Assembly (NCBI GenBank): GCA_000708835.1
Contig: DF237372.1
Location: 16,612 to 80,611, forward strand
Direction of reading: 5' to 3'
Source: Klebsormidium nitens
Lineage: Eukaryota > Plantae > Klebsormidiophyceae
Length of the DNA: 64,000 nt
Of this stretch, positions 63,418 to 64,000 are shown piece by piece. Made by a program: the position numbers and the translations under genes. Position 1 is the stretch's first letter. Each line of letters opens with the position of its first letter. Under the pieces are notes generated by a model. The model saw nothing but the letters and a program-made list of their open reading frames with translations, was not told the origin of the DNA and did not search any database.

Positions 63418-63830
63418 TCAGCCCTCCATGGGAAACCCATCACAAGCGCTGCCCGGAGGTTCGTGGTTCAGGGCTGGACCCTCAAAGTGCGAAGGGGGCG
63501 GTCCCATTAGGGGAGCTTGCTGAAAGGCGCCGCCGCTTCCCGTTGCAAAAAGCGGGGTTGAGCTGCTCATGATCGGAGGGGGCACGGCTGGAGAAGAAGA
63601 TGCTGGAAAGACGCCATCCCCGAAAACGTACCGCGAAGAAATGCTGCCACCAGCAGCAAAAGGAGGCGGAGCGCTGCCCCCAGGCGCGTGCTGCACAGGC
63701 GCATGCGGCGAGGGCGCGTTTCCTTCGGGCGGCGCGTACTGCGGGGGCCGCGTGTCTCCACCAGGCGCATGCTGCGGGGGCGCGTCTCCGCCAGGCGGCC
63801 CGTAATGCGGGGGGGCGCCAGTCCCTCGCA
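63418..63830 (-). CDS. Pro/Gly-rich terminal exon of a gene extending beyond the window (possible Harbinger partner gene)
   Basis: Open frame with repeated HAPGG.APPQ units ending in a stop at 63418; convergent with the transposase. No Myb/SANT motif visible here. Confidence 0.4.
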
Positions 63831-64000
63831 CATGTTGCGAGAGAAAAGAGCTACAAGGATTTAGTAACCTTGGTGTTGTGAACACCTTGTCTTTAAATAG
63901 ATTGAATGAATGAAGGTGTGAAACCGCAGTGTAACATGCTTCCGCATTCAGCAAGTCCGCACAGCTTGCAATTCCAACCACGGCTGTAACGATTACGACT

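Overview
Eukaryotic, intron-rich (GT-AG) genomic DNA from a draft assembly with three N gaps. Gene content and style suggest a streptophyte alga, probably Klebsormidium (inference, not verified). Host genes, assembled by hand with phase-consistent splice sites: eIF(iso)4G (minus, 208-12069, runs off the left edge) hosting two intronic box C/D snoRNAs with 18S rRNA guides; a lebercilin-like coiled-coil protein with two IQ motifs (plus, ~14214-21456); a secreted Cys-rich Root_cap-family protein (plus, 33826-37558); and a ~1825-aa low-complexity protein (minus, 39568-47495). The right quarter is transposon-derived: an intron-containing Mutator-like (MULE+SWIM) transposase gene, directly preceded on the same strand by a spliced gene encoding a papain-like Cys-His-Asp domain, a ubiquitin-like segment and two zinc fingers, then an intact PIF/Harbinger transposase. 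Two leads stand out: (1) the MULE-linked protease-Ubl-ZnF cassette; (2) decayed tandem copies of exon/intron junctions inside flanking introns, seen at about ten exons in three unrelated genes. Regions 21.9-33.4 kb and 37.6-39.5 kb hold fragmentary ORFs I could not identify. No database searches or computations were run; family assignments rest on recalled motifs.
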